64,000 nucleotides of DNA from Stellaceae bacterium (GCA_035604035.1 DATNJF010000404.1:10853-74852), one strand, 5' to 3'; counted from the first letter of the stretch, positions 27,842 through 36,635 are shown. Made by a program: numbers and translations. Notes: a model not told the origin generated them from the sequence alone.

Positions 27842-28753
27842 CTAGCGCCCCATCGACGATTTCTGCAAATCGGCGACCGAATTCGGCTGTGCCGACACGC
27901 TGTAGGTCATCGGCGGCCCGGGCGGTTTGGGCAGAGTGGCGACGTTCGGCGCCGGCACCGGAGCCGGCAGAGCGCCCGCGCCCTGCAGCGGCACGGCATT
28001 GGGCGTGTCGTCCTTCTGATGGCGGATCTGTGCGGCGCGGCGCTGGCGCGCCAGCGAGCGGATCGTCGCGTAGAAGTCGAGCGAGGTGCGCTCGATCTCG
28101 GCCAGGCTCTCGATATTGCGCGAGCGCTCATCGATGCCGGAGGTTGTGTCGCGCAGGAAGGTCGCCCACAGCATGTGATGATTGCTGGCGACGATGTTGC
28201 CCGGGTCGCCGAAGCTGTCGCCAACCTCGCCGATCAGGTCGCGCGGGTTCGACGGGCCAAGCACCGGCAGCATCAAATACGGGCCAGGGGCGATGCCCCA
28301 AGTCGCCAGCGTGATGCCGAGATCGTTGGTGTGATAGGGGACGCCCCATTGGGCGGCGACGTCGTACAACCCGACCAAGCCGATCGTCGTGTTGACCACG
28401 GCTCGGCTCGCAGTCTCCGCCGCCAAGTTCGGCTGCCCTTGTAGTATGTCGTTGGCGAAGATGATCGGCGAGTTCAAGTTCTGCAGAAAATTGTGAATCA
28501 TGTCGCGCGCGAACGGGGGCAGCACGGTGCGATAGGCGTTCGCGACCGGTACCAGTACGGCCTTGTCCACCCCCTCGTTAAAATTAAAGACCGCGCGATT
28601 GCTGTCCTCGAAAGGGTCGTTGGTACCCTCGTCGGCAACCGGAGCGGGAGCTTGCTGCGCGGCGGCCGGGCGCGCGCCGATCAACCCGGTGATTGCCAGG
28701 CTGGCGGCAAGCACGAACCCGGGCAGGGCAAGCTTTGACTGGCGACGGTACAT
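27842..28753 (-). CDS. mlaA: MlaA/VacJ-family outer-membrane lipoprotein
   Basis: DPFEDSNRAVFNFNEGVDKAVLVPVANAY and GPYLMLPVLGPSNPRD motifs. Confidence 0.85.
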   Translation of the reverse strand: MYRRQSKLALPGFVLAASLAITGLIGARPAAAQQAPAPVADEGTNDPFEDSNRAVFNFNEGVDKAVLVPVANAYRTVLPPFARDMIHNFLQNLNSPIIFANDILQGQPNLAAETASRAVVNTTIGLVGLYDVAAQWGVPYHTNDLGITLATWGIAPGPYLMLPVLGPSNPRDLIGEVGDSFGDPGNIVASNHHMLWATFLRDTTSGIDERSRNIESLAEIERTSLDFYATIRSLARQRRAAQIRHQKDDTPNAVPLQGAGALPAPVPAPNVATLPKPPGPPMTYSVSAQPNSVADLQKSSMGR

Positions 28754-28960
28754 CGACGGCCCTCGCGTTAAATGACTAGCGGCGCGGCAGGATAATGACG
28801 AATAACGCGCATGCGCCGCAAGCGATCCGTGCGGCTTCTATTCAATTAGTGCGTATAAACCGTTAACCATGCCGAGCGCTACGGGCATTGTGTGGAGTCT
28901 TCTGAAGTGACTCGCCCGGCACGAGCAGCTGCGACGCACGGTGAGCCTTAGCTCTTGACG

Positions 28961-28980
28961 ATATAAAGATATCTTTATAT
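28961..28980. promoter_or_regulatory. perfect 20-bp palindrome; candidate ArsR/SmtB operator overlapping the promoter
   Basis: atataaagatatctttatat is its own reverse complement. It is preceded by ttgacg (28955-28960) and ends 9 nt before the ATG at 28990. Confidence 0.6.
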
Positions 28981-28989
28981 GTTTGATCG

Positions 28990-30018
28990 ATGGTCGAAGT
29001 CCCCAAAGGCGCCACTGCGGTTGACGTCTCGTTAGACGAGCTTCTGGGCGCGTTGCGTGCCGTCGCCGAGCCGACTCGGCTGCGGCTTTTGGTATTGTGC
29101 TCGCGCGGCGAACTCACTGTCAGCGAGCTGGCGCAAATCCTTGGGCAAAGCCAGCCGCGGGTCTCGCGCCATCTAAAGCTGATGTGCGAAGCGGGGCTGC
29201 TCGACCGGTTCCGCGAAGGCAGTTGGGTGTTCTACCGGCTCGCCGGCAGCGGCGGATCGAGCGGGCTCGCCCGCCATCTGGTCGCCGCCTGCGGCGAGCG
29301 CGACCCCACGATGGTGCTCGACCTGCAGCGCCTGGCGGCGATCAAGCGCCAACGGGCTGAGCGTGCCTCTGCCTATTTCAGCGAGAACGCGCCGCGGTGG
29401 GACAGCATCCGCTCGCTCTATATCGACGAGCGCGAGGTCGAGGCGGCGCTGATCGAGATCATTGGCGCCGCCCAGCCGCGCGATCTGCTCGACATCGGCA
29501 CCGGGACCGGGCGAATCGTCGAAATCTTGGGGCCGCGAGTCGGCCAGGCGCTCGGCATCGACATGTCGCGCGAGATGCTGGCGGTGGCCCGGGTCAATCT
29601 GGAACGCGCCGGCGCGACGAACGGCACGGTGCGCCTCGGCGACATGTACCAGCTGCCGCTGCCCGACGCGTCGTTCGATGCGGTGGTCATTCACCAGGTA
29701 CTGCATTACGCCGACCGGCCGGCCATGGCGATCGCCGAGGCGGCGCGGGTGTTGCGCCCGAACGGCGTGCTGGTGGTGGTCGATTTCGCGCCGCATCTCC
29801 TCGAATTCCTGCGCACCGAGCACGCTCACCGCCGGCTCGGCTTTGCCGATTTGGAGGTCGCCGAGTGGTGCCGGGCGGCCGGGCTTACGCCCGCGGCGCC
29901 GGTGCATCTCCAAGGCGATCCGCTGACCGTGGTGGTTTGGGCCTCCTATCGCGGCGCGCCGCCGCGGGAAGACCGCGCCGCGGCGCTCGCCGCCGCCGAG
30001 CAGGTGTTGCAGCCATGA
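28990..30018 (+). CDS. ArsR/SmtB-family HTH regulator fused to a class I SAM-dependent methyltransferase domain
   Basis: N-terminal LRAVAEPTRLRLLVLCSRGELTVSELAQILGQSQPRVSRHLKLM. C-terminal LLDIGTGTGR (SAM motif I) and VVIHQVLHY. ATGA overlap with metF. Confidence 0.85.
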   Translation: MVEVPKGATAVDVSLDELLGALRAVAEPTRLRLLVLCSRGELTVSELAQILGQSQPRVSRHLKLMCEAGLLDRFREGSWVFYRLAGSGGSSGLARHLVAACGERDPTMVLDLQRLAAIKRQRAERASAYFSENAPRWDSIRSLYIDEREVEAALIEIIGAAQPRDLLDIGTGTGRIVEILGPRVGQALGIDMSREMLAVARVNLERAGATNGTVRLGDMYQLPLPDASFDAVVIHQVLHYADRPAMAIAEAARVLRPNGVLVVVDFAPHLLEFLRTEHAHRRLGFADLEVAEWCRAAGLTPAAPVHLQGDPLTVVVWASYRGAPPREDRAAALAAAEQVLQP

Positions 30019-30953
30019 GCGGAAGTTATCAGTCCTCTGGGCGGGGTCTGCTGGCGGCTGACCCGGCCGGCGATTTCGATGCCGCGCCGCCGCGCATCTC
30101 GTTCGAATTCTTCCCGCCGAAGACGCCCGAAATGGAAGAGCGGCTGTGGGAAGTCGTCAAACGCGTCGAGCCCTTGGGGCCGCGCTTTGTCTCGGTGACT
30201 TACGGCGCCGGCGGCTCGACCCGCGAGCGCACCCACGCGACGGTTCGCCGCATCCGCCAGCAGACGACATTAGAGCCAGCGGCGCATCTGACCTGCGTCG
30301 CCGCGACCCGCGCGGAGATCGATGCGGTCGCCGCCGCTTATTGGGAGGCCGGCATCCGCCACATCGTCGCCTTACGCGGCGACCCGCCCGGCGGGATGGG
30401 AAGCGGCGAGCGTTACGCGCCGCATCCTGGCGGTTATCCTTTCGCCGCCGACCTTGTCGCCGGGCTGAAGCGGGTCGCCGATTTCGAGATCAGCGTCGCC
30501 GCCTATCCCGAGACCCACCCCGAAGCCCGAAGCGACGACCACGACCTCGACAATCTCAAACAGAAACTCGACGCCGGCGCCAATCGGGCGATCACCCAGT
30601 TCTTTTTCGACGTCGACCTGTTCCTGCGCTTCCGCGACCGCGCCGCCGCGGCCGGGATCGTCGTGCCGATCGTGCCCGGCATCCTGCCGGTGACCAATTT
30701 CGCCCAGCTGAAGCGGATGAGCGCGACCTGCGGCGCCTCGATCCCCGATTGGATGGCCGGGCATTTCGACGGGCTCGACGACGACCCCGACACGCGCCGC
30801 CTCGTCGCCACCTCGCTTGCCGCCGAGCAGTGCCGCCGGCTCCAGGCAAACGGGGTCAACGAGTTCCATTTCTACACGCTCAACCGCGCCGATCTCATCG
30901 TGGCGATCTGCCACATGCTCGGCGTTCGCGCGCCGAAGCCGGTCGCCGCCTAG
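30015..30953 (+). CDS. metF: 5,10-methylenetetrahydrofolate reductase
   Basis: ISFEFFPPKT, FVSVTYGAGGSTRERT, ANGVNEFHFYTLN. Confidence 0.9.
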   Translation: MSGSYQSSGRGLLAADPAGDFDAAPPRISFEFFPPKTPEMEERLWEVVKRVEPLGPRFVSVTYGAGGSTRERTHATVRRIRQQTTLEPAAHLTCVAATRAEIDAVAAAYWEAGIRHIVALRGDPPGGMGSGERYAPHPGGYPFAADLVAGLKRVADFEISVAAYPETHPEARSDDHDLDNLKQKLDAGANRAITQFFFDVDLFLRFRDRAAAAGIVVPIVPGILPVTNFAQLKRMSATCGASIPDWMAGHFDGLDDDPDTRRLVATSLAAEQCRRLQANGVNEFHFYTLNRADLIVAICHMLGVRAPKPVAA

Positions 30954-30963
30954 AGACACGGCC

Positions 30964-33900
30964 ATGGCGCATCTCCTCGACTACCTCGCCGACTGCGTGT
31001 TGCTGTGCGACGGCGCGATGGGCACCGAGACCCAGGCGCGCAACCTCGACATCGTCCGCGACTTCCACGATCACGAGAACTGCACCGAGATCCTCACCGA
31101 GAGCCGGCCCGATTTGGTGCGCGAGATTCACCGCGGCTACCTCGCCGCCGGATCGGACGCGATCCAGACCAACAGCTTTGGCGGCTCGCCGATCACGCTC
31201 AACGAGTTCGGCATCGCCGACAAGGCGTTCGCCCTCAACAAGCTGTCGGCCGAGCTGGCGCGCGAGACCATCGCCGAGTTCGCCCATGACGGCCGCACCC
31301 GCTTTGTCTTCGGCTCATTGGGGCCGGGGACGCGGCTGCCGAGCCTCGGTCATGTCGCCTATCAACCGCTGGAAGACGCGCTCACCGTCCAGTGCGACGG
31401 GCTCGTCGCCGGCGGGGTCGACGCGATCCTCATCGAGACCTGCCAGGACCCGCTGCAGATCAAGGCCGCGGTCAACGGCGCCAAGCGCGCGCGCGCGACA
31501 GCAGGCAAGGACACCCCGATCTTTGTCCAGGTCACGGTCGAGACCACCGGCACTTTGCTGGTCGGCGCCGACATCGCCGCGGCGGCGACGATCATCGACG
31601 CGCTCGACGTCAACGGCCTCGGGCTCAACTGCGCCACCGGCCCGCGCGAGATGGCCGAGCATGTCAAATTTCTCGGCGACAACTGGCCGAGGCTCATCTC
31701 GGTGCAGCCCAATGCCGGGCTGCCCGAGCTGGTCAGCGGCCGCACCCAATACCCGCTTTCGCCCGAAGAATTGAGCCAATGGCTCGAGCGCTTCGTGCTC
31801 GAGGACGGCGCCAACATCATCGGCGGCTGCTGCGGCACCGAGCCCCGGCATATCGCCGCGCTCGACGCGATGCTGCGCCGCATTGGCCGCGACCGCCCGC
31901 GTCCCGTACCGAAGCGGCGGCAGCCGGCATGGACGCCGTCGGTCGCCTCGCTCTACAGCCAGGTGAGCCTGCGCCAGGAGAACGCCTATCTGTCGATCGG
32001 CGAGCGCTGCAACGCCAACGGCTCGCGCGCCTTCCGCCGCCTGCAGGAGCAACACGATTGGGACGGCTGCGTCGAGATGGGGCGCGAGCAGGTCAAGGAA
32101 GGCTCGCACACGCTCGACCTCTGCACCGCCTTTGTCGGCCGCGACGAGATCGCCGACATGACCGAGATGGTCACCCGCATGCGCGGGTCGGTCAACGCGC
32201 CTCTAGTCGTCGATTCGACCGAATACCCGGTGCTCGAAGCGGCGATGGCGCTCTACGGTGGCAAGCCGATCATCAACTCGATCAATTTCGAGGACGGCGA
32301 GGACGCGGCCGAGAAGCGGGTAAAGCTGGCGCGCCGGTTTGGCGCCGCCGTCATCGCGCTGACCATCGACGAAACCGGCATGGCCAAGGAGGTCGACCAC
32401 AAGCTCGCGCTGGCGCAGCGGCTTTACGACTTCGCCTGCGTCAAGCACGGGCTGCCGCCGTCGGACCTCCTGTTCGACCCGCTGACCTTCACCATCTGCA
32501 CCGGCAACGCGGACGACCGCAGGCTCGGCCTCAACACGCTCGACGCGATCGAGCGCATCGCCAAGGCGCTACCCGAGTGCCAAATCATTCTAGGATTATC
32601 GAATATATCATTCGGCCTCAACCCGCCGGCGCGGCAGGTGCTGAATTCGGTGTTCCTCGACCACGCGCTCAAGCGCGGCATGACCGGCGCGATCGTGCAT
32701 TTCTCCCGCATCCTACCGCAGCACCGCATCCCCGAAGCCGAATGGCAGGTCGCCGAGGATTTGATCTTCGACCGCCGCCGTGACGGCCCAGGGGACCAAT
32801 ACGACCCGCTGCAGGCGTTCATGGCCCTCTTCGAGGACCGCACGATCGAGAAGGAGGAGAAGCAGGGCCGGCCGGAAAACCTCGAGGAACGTCTCGCCTA
32901 CCGCATCGTCGAGGGCGACCGGCTCGACCTCGAAGCCGATCTAGACCTGGCGATGCAGGCGCACTCGCCGCTCGACATCATCAACGAGCACCTGCTGGGC
33001 GGGATGAAGACGGTCGGCGACCTCTTCGGCGCCGGCAAGATGCAGCTCCCCTTCGTGCTGCAATCGGCCGAAACCATGAAGACAGCGGTCAAGTACCTCG
33101 AACCGCACATGGAGCGGGTCGAGGGCCAGGAGAAGGGCACAATCGTCCTCGCCACGGTGCGCGGCGATGTTCATGACATAGGCAAGAACCTAGTCGACAT
33201 CATCCTCACCAATAACGGCTACCGGGTGGTCAATCTCGGCATCAAGCAGCCGATCGGCGCGATCCTCGATGCCGCCAAGGAGCACCGGGCGCACGCCATC
33301 GGCATGTCGGGCCTTCTGGTCAAATCGACCGTGGTGATGCGCGAGAATTTGGAAGAGATGAGCCGCATGGGGCTCGACGTGCCGGTGATGCTCGGCGGCG
33401 CCGCGCTCACCCGCCGCTATGTCGAGGAGGATTGCGTCAAGGCCTACGAGGCGGGTCGCGTCGCCTACGCCCGCGACGCGTTCGACGGCCTCGCCTTGAT
33501 GGACCGCATCGTCGGCAACGATTTCGACGGCTATCTCGCAGAAGTGCAGGAGAAGAGTGCCGGGCGGCCGAAGAACCCGTCGCGCAAATTGGGGCGCGCC
33601 GCCGACGCGCGGGTGCTGCGGCCGATCGATTTCGAGGAAATCCGCCTGCGCCGGGCCGAGCTGACCAGCGGCGTCGCCGTGCCGAACCCGCCGTTTTGGG
33701 GCGCGCGGGTGCTAGAGCGCGTGCCGGTCAAAACCGTCGCGTCCTACCTCAACGAGCGCATGCTCTATCAATTCCAGTGGGGCTTCCGGAAGGAGGGCCG
33801 CAGCCTCGCCGAATACAAGAAATGGGCGCGCGGCGAGCTGCGCCCGCTGCTGTCGCGGATCATGGACATCGCCATCCGCGAGAACATCCTCCAGCCCCAG

Positions 33901-34485
33901 GCCTCCTACGGCTATTGGCCGTGCGCCGCTCAGGGCAACGCGGTGGTGCTGTTCGATCCCGACGGCGGCCCGGGTGGAAAAGAACGCGAGGTCGCGCGCT
34001 TCGACTTCCCGCGCCAGAACAAGCGGGACGGGCTCTGCATCGCCGATTTCTTCCGCGACATCGAAAGCCCCGAGCGCGACGTCATCGGGCTGCAGGTCGT
34101 GACCATGGGCCGCCGCGCCTCGGAGGCGGCGCGCGAGTGGTTCGCCGCCGACCGCTACCAGGATTATCTCTATCTGCACGGGCTCTCGGTCGAGATGGCC
34201 GAGGCCTTCGCCGAATATGTCCACAAGCGCATCCGCGGCGAACTCGGCTTCGCCGCCGAGGAGGCGCGCGACCACGACGAGATGCTGGCGCAAGGCTATC
34301 GCGGCAGCCGCTATTCGTTCGGCTACCCGGCTTGCCCCAACCTCGCCGACCAGGCCCAGCTGCTGGCGCTGCTCAACGCCGACGCGATCGGCCTCGCCCT
34401 CACCGACGAAGACCAGCTCGACCCCGAGCAATCGACCTCGGCGATCGTCGTCCACCACCCGCAAGCCAAGTACTTTTCGGTGTGA
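30964..34485 (+). CDS. metH: cobalamin-dependent methionine synthase
   Basis: 1173 aa. Hcy-binding domain (LLCDGAMGT), pterin-binding domain, B12-binding motif GDVHDIGKNLV, and the AdoMet activation domain (RYSFGYPACP). Confidence 0.95.
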   Translation: MAHLLDYLADCVLLCDGAMGTETQARNLDIVRDFHDHENCTEILTESRPDLVREIHRGYLAAGSDAIQTNSFGGSPITLNEFGIADKAFALNKLSAELARETIAEFAHDGRTRFVFGSLGPGTRLPSLGHVAYQPLEDALTVQCDGLVAGGVDAILIETCQDPLQIKAAVNGAKRARATAGKDTPIFVQVTVETTGTLLVGADIAAAATIIDALDVNGLGLNCATGPREMAEHVKFLGDNWPRLISVQPNAGLPELVSGRTQYPLSPEELSQWLERFVLEDGANIIGGCCGTEPRHIAALDAMLRRIGRDRPRPVPKRRQPAWTPSVASLYSQVSLRQENAYLSIGERCNANGSRAFRRLQEQHDWDGCVEMGREQVKEGSHTLDLCTAFVGRDEIADMTEMVTRMRGSVNAPLVVDSTEYPVLEAAMALYGGKPIINSINFEDGEDAAEKRVKLARRFGAAVIALTIDETGMAKEVDHKLALAQRLYDFACVKHGLPPSDLLFDPLTFTICTGNADDRRLGLNTLDAIERIAKALPECQIILGLSNISFGLNPPARQVLNSVFLDHALKRGMTGAIVHFSRILPQHRIPEAEWQVAEDLIFDRRRDGPGDQYDPLQAFMALFEDRTIEKEEKQGRPENLEERLAYRIVEGDRLDLEADLDLAMQAHSPLDIINEHLLGGMKTVGDLFGAGKMQLPFVLQSAETMKTAVKYLEPHMERVEGQEKGTIVLATVRGDVHDIGKNLVDIILTNNGYRVVNLGIKQPIGAILDAAKEHRAHAIGMSGLLVKSTVVMRENLEEMSRMGLDVPVMLGGAALTRRYVEEDCVKAYEAGRVAYARDAFDGLALMDRIVGNDFDGYLAEVQEKSAGRPKNPSRKLGRAADARVLRPIDFEEIRLRRAELTSGVAVPNPPFWGARVLERVPVKTVASYLNERMLYQFQWGFRKEGRSLAEYKKWARGELRPLLSRIMDIAIRENILQPQASYGYWPCAAQGNAVVLFDPDGGPGGKEREVARFDFPRQNKRDGLCIADFFRDIESPERDVIGLQVVTMGRRASEAAREWFAADRYQDYLYLHGLSVEMAEAFAEYVHKRIRGELGFAAEEARDHDEMLAQGYRGSRYSFGYPACPNLADQAQLLALLNADAIGLALTDEDQLDPEQSTSAIVVHHPQAKYFSV
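34449..34485 (+). repeat. direct repeat copy 1: the functional 3' terminus of metH (candidate attL-like junction)
   Basis: cgtccaccacccgcaagccaagtacttttcggtgtga encodes VHHPQAKYFSV*. It is repeated at 36317-36353. Confidence 0.85.
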
Positions 34486-34517
34486 TCGCGACACGCCGCC
34501 ATGGGAACGGAGCGGAA

Positions 34518-35657
34518 ATGCGCGTCGAGATAAACCCGAGATTGCTGCGCTGGGCGCGGGAACGCTCAGGATACGATCCCGACGCCCTCGCTCATCGATT
34601 TCCGAGACTTGATGAGTGGGAACGCGGCGACGCACAGCCGACGCTCAAGCAGCTTGAGCAGTTCGCCAGTGCGGTCCACGCGCCGATCGGCTACCTGTTT
34701 CTGCCCGAGCCGCCTGTCGAGCGCGTGCCGATTCCGGATTTCCGGACGGTCGGAAATGCGCATATCGAGCGACCGTCGCCTGACCTGCTAGAAACGATCT
34801 ACATCTGCCAGCAGCGCCAAGAATGGTACCGCGACTTCCTTCGCTCGACGGCTGCTGACCCGCTTCCATTCGTCGGTTCGACGACCGTGAATACGGCAAT
34901 AGAGACGGCGGCGGGCGCTATTCGCGGGGCGCTTCACTTCGACCTCGCAGAGCGGGCACGGATGCCGACATGGACGGAGGCGCTGCGGCGGTTCATTGAA
35001 CAGGCAGACGCGATCGGCGTCCTGGTCATGGTCAGCGGGGTGGTCGGTAGCAACAACCGGAGAAAACTCGATGCGGACGAGTTTCGCGGCTTTGCCCTTT
35101 GCGATGACCGGGCTCCACTGGTCTTCATCAACGGGTCCGACACCAAGTCTGCGCAGATGTTCACACTGGCCCACGAGTTGGCGCACATCTGGCTCGGCCA
35201 GTCCGCGCTCTCCGACATGGAACCGGTGTCCACGCCGGCCCACGCTGTCGAGCAGTGGTGCAACCTTGTCGCGGCCGAACTACTTGTTCCGCTCGCGGCG
35301 GTACGCGCCGAATATCGGCGGGACGCAGGTCTGCGCGCCGAGGTGGATCGGCTGGCAAGGCGGTTCAAGGTAAGCACGCTCGTCGTTTTGCGTCGCATCC
35401 ATGACGCGGGCGGTCTAACGCGAGACCAACTTTGGGCGGCATACCGAGCCGAAGTCGAACGCCTCCTGGCGATCCCTCGGGGAAGCGGCGGAGATTTCTA
35501 CCTGACCCAGGCTGCACGCGTCGGGAAGCGGTTCGCCCGTGCCCTCGTGGCGAACACGCTGGAGGGACAGACCCTCCATCGTGACGCTTTCCACCTGCTC
35601 GGATTTTCGAAGCTTGCAACATTCCGCGAACTTGGCCGCAGTCTGGGTGTCGAGTGA
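34518..35657 (+). CDS. XRE-like HTH plus ImmA/IrrE-family (COG2856, M78) zinc metallopeptidase
   Basis: 379 aa. The N-terminal helix-turn-helix-like segment RLLRWARERSGYDPDALAHRF...PTLKQLEQFASAVHAPIGYLF, and HELAHIWLG (HExxH, aa 219-223, nt 35172-35186). Confidence 0.8.
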   Translation: MRVEINPRLLRWARERSGYDPDALAHRFPRLDEWERGDAQPTLKQLEQFASAVHAPIGYLFLPEPPVERVPIPDFRTVGNAHIERPSPDLLETIYICQQRQEWYRDFLRSTAADPLPFVGSTTVNTAIETAAGAIRGALHFDLAERARMPTWTEALRRFIEQADAIGVLVMVSGVVGSNNRRKLDADEFRGFALCDDRAPLVFINGSDTKSAQMFTLAHELAHIWLGQSALSDMEPVSTPAHAVEQWCNLVAAELLVPLAAVRAEYRRDAGLRAEVDRLARRFKVSTLVVLRRIHDAGGLTRDQLWAAYRAEVERLLAIPRGSGGDFYLTQAARVGKRFARALVANTLEGQTLHRDAFHLLGFSKLATFRELGRSLGVE

Positions 35658-36145
35658 TGGCGTACCTGCTGGACGCCAATGTGTTCATGCAGGCGAAGAA
35701 TCTCCATTACGGCCTCGATTTCTGTCCGGCGTTCTGGGATTGGCTGATCGAGGCCAACGCGGCCGGCCGGGTTTTCAGCATCGAGAAGGTCGGCGATGAA
35801 ATCGACGCCGGTGCAGACGAGCTTTCGACCTGGGCGGTGGCGCAGGGAGAAGGGTTCTTCCTGAGGCCCGACGCCGCCATTCTTCCGGCTCTCGGCGCGG
35901 TCAGTGCGTGGGCTACGGGTCAGGCGTATGAGCCTGCTGCCGTGAACACGTTCTTGCAGGTCGCCGACTATTACCTAGTCGCCCATGCCCTGGCGCATCG
36001 TCACACCGTCGTGACCCACGAGATCGCATCGCCGTCGACCAAAAAGATTAAGATTCCCAACGCTTGCATCGGCGTTTCCGTAAAATGCATGACGCCGTTC
36101 GAGATGCTTCGACATGAAAGAGTGCGCTTCGTGCTTGGCCATTAA
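35657..36145 (+). CDS. DUF4411-family (PIN-like nuclease fold) protein
   Basis: MAYLLDANVFMQAKNLHYGLDFCPAFWDWLIEA...VFSIEKVGDEI is typical of the DUF4411 N-terminus. Its ATG overlaps the peptidase TGA by 1 nt (GTGATG). Confidence 0.75.
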   Translation: MAYLLDANVFMQAKNLHYGLDFCPAFWDWLIEANAAGRVFSIEKVGDEIDAGADELSTWAVAQGEGFFLRPDAAILPALGAVSAWATGQAYEPAAVNTFLQVADYYLVAHALAHRHTVVTHEIASPSTKKIKIPNACIGVSVKCMTPFEMLRHERVRFVLGH

Positions 36146-36316
36146 GAGATGAGCGAAAACGGGTCGTGCTGGGCTATCCCGCCCGCATCCTGCCGAAGGA
36201 CGTGGCGGCCGAGAAAATCCTCGGGGCGCGCACGCTGACCAATCTCGACAGTGAGCGGCCGACCCGGCTCGCCAATGCGCACCGCGATCTCGACGAGAGC
36301 CACTGACCTGATCGGG

Positions 36317-36353
36317 CGTCCACCACCCGCAGGCAAAATACTTTTCGGTGTAG
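36317..36353 (+). repeat. direct repeat copy 2: orphan copy of the metH 3' terminus (candidate attR-like junction)
   Basis: cgtccaccacccgcaggcaaaatacttttcggtgtag also translates to VHHPQAKYFSV*. It differs from copy 1 at 3 synonymous positions and in the stop codon. Confidence 0.85.
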
Positions 36354-36562
36354 TTCTGGCTTCCGCACGCCAAGGCGCATACCACCGTGTACTCTTTTTG
36401 TTCTTAACAAGACAGTAATTGCGTTTATATAGTGTCGCCATCGGGTCCGCGATATGCGGACAGCGTGAACGCGGGCGCCTGTTAATTTCCAGCAGATACA
36501 GGCGGAACGAAACGGGGTCGGATATTTTTGCGAGAAAACACCGATTTCAGCTGCGCCGGTTG

Positions 36563-36635
36563 CTGTTATCTCGCTGTTTTCGCTGCTGTTCCGCCACTGT
36601 TATCCCGCTGTTTTCACCGCAGTTATTTCGCTGTT
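36563..36635. repeat. array of seven C(T/A)GTT(A/T)T cores spaced 11-12 bp apart (helically phased, iteron-like)
   Basis: Cores start at 36563, 36574, 36586, 36597, 36608, 36620 and 36631, within ...tgctgttatctcgctgttttcgctgctgttccgccactgttatcccgctgttttcaccgcagttatttcgctgttttg... Confidence 0.7.

Larger units (their letters stand above)
34486..36316. mobile_element. about 1.8-kb inserted islet between the duplicated metH termini (ImmA/IrrE-DUF4411 pair plus a gene remnant); no integrase present
   Basis: Bracketed by 37-bp direct repeats whose differences are synonymous in the metH frame. The content is accessory and looks more AT-rich by eye than its surroundings. Confidence 0.6.

Noticed and set aside
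28754-28954. Possible SAM riboswitch upstream of the ArsR-methyltransferase/metF/metH block.
   Set aside because: The region lies upstream of the putative -35 hexamer, so it is probably untranscribed with the operon. I could not fold a SAM-II-like pseudoknot by inspection.
33432-34517. Long N-terminal extensions in the ORF track. Examples: 33432 for the ImmA gene, 29397 for metF, 30817 for metH, 1353 for GIY-YIG, 53271 for cbiG-cobJ, 55542 for GT39, 62619 for cobQ, 9299 for the MFS gene and 40214 for ugpB.
   Set aside because: The extensions overlap neighbouring real genes in another frame and translate to Arg/Pro-rich nonsense. Internal starts give family-typical N-termini and 4-nt coupling overlaps or Shine-Dalgarno sequences.
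36563-36635. Possible CRISPR array.
   Set aside because: The repeat unit is only about 11 bp with no unique spacers of 25-40 bp. There are no cas genes, and the array is only 75 bp long.
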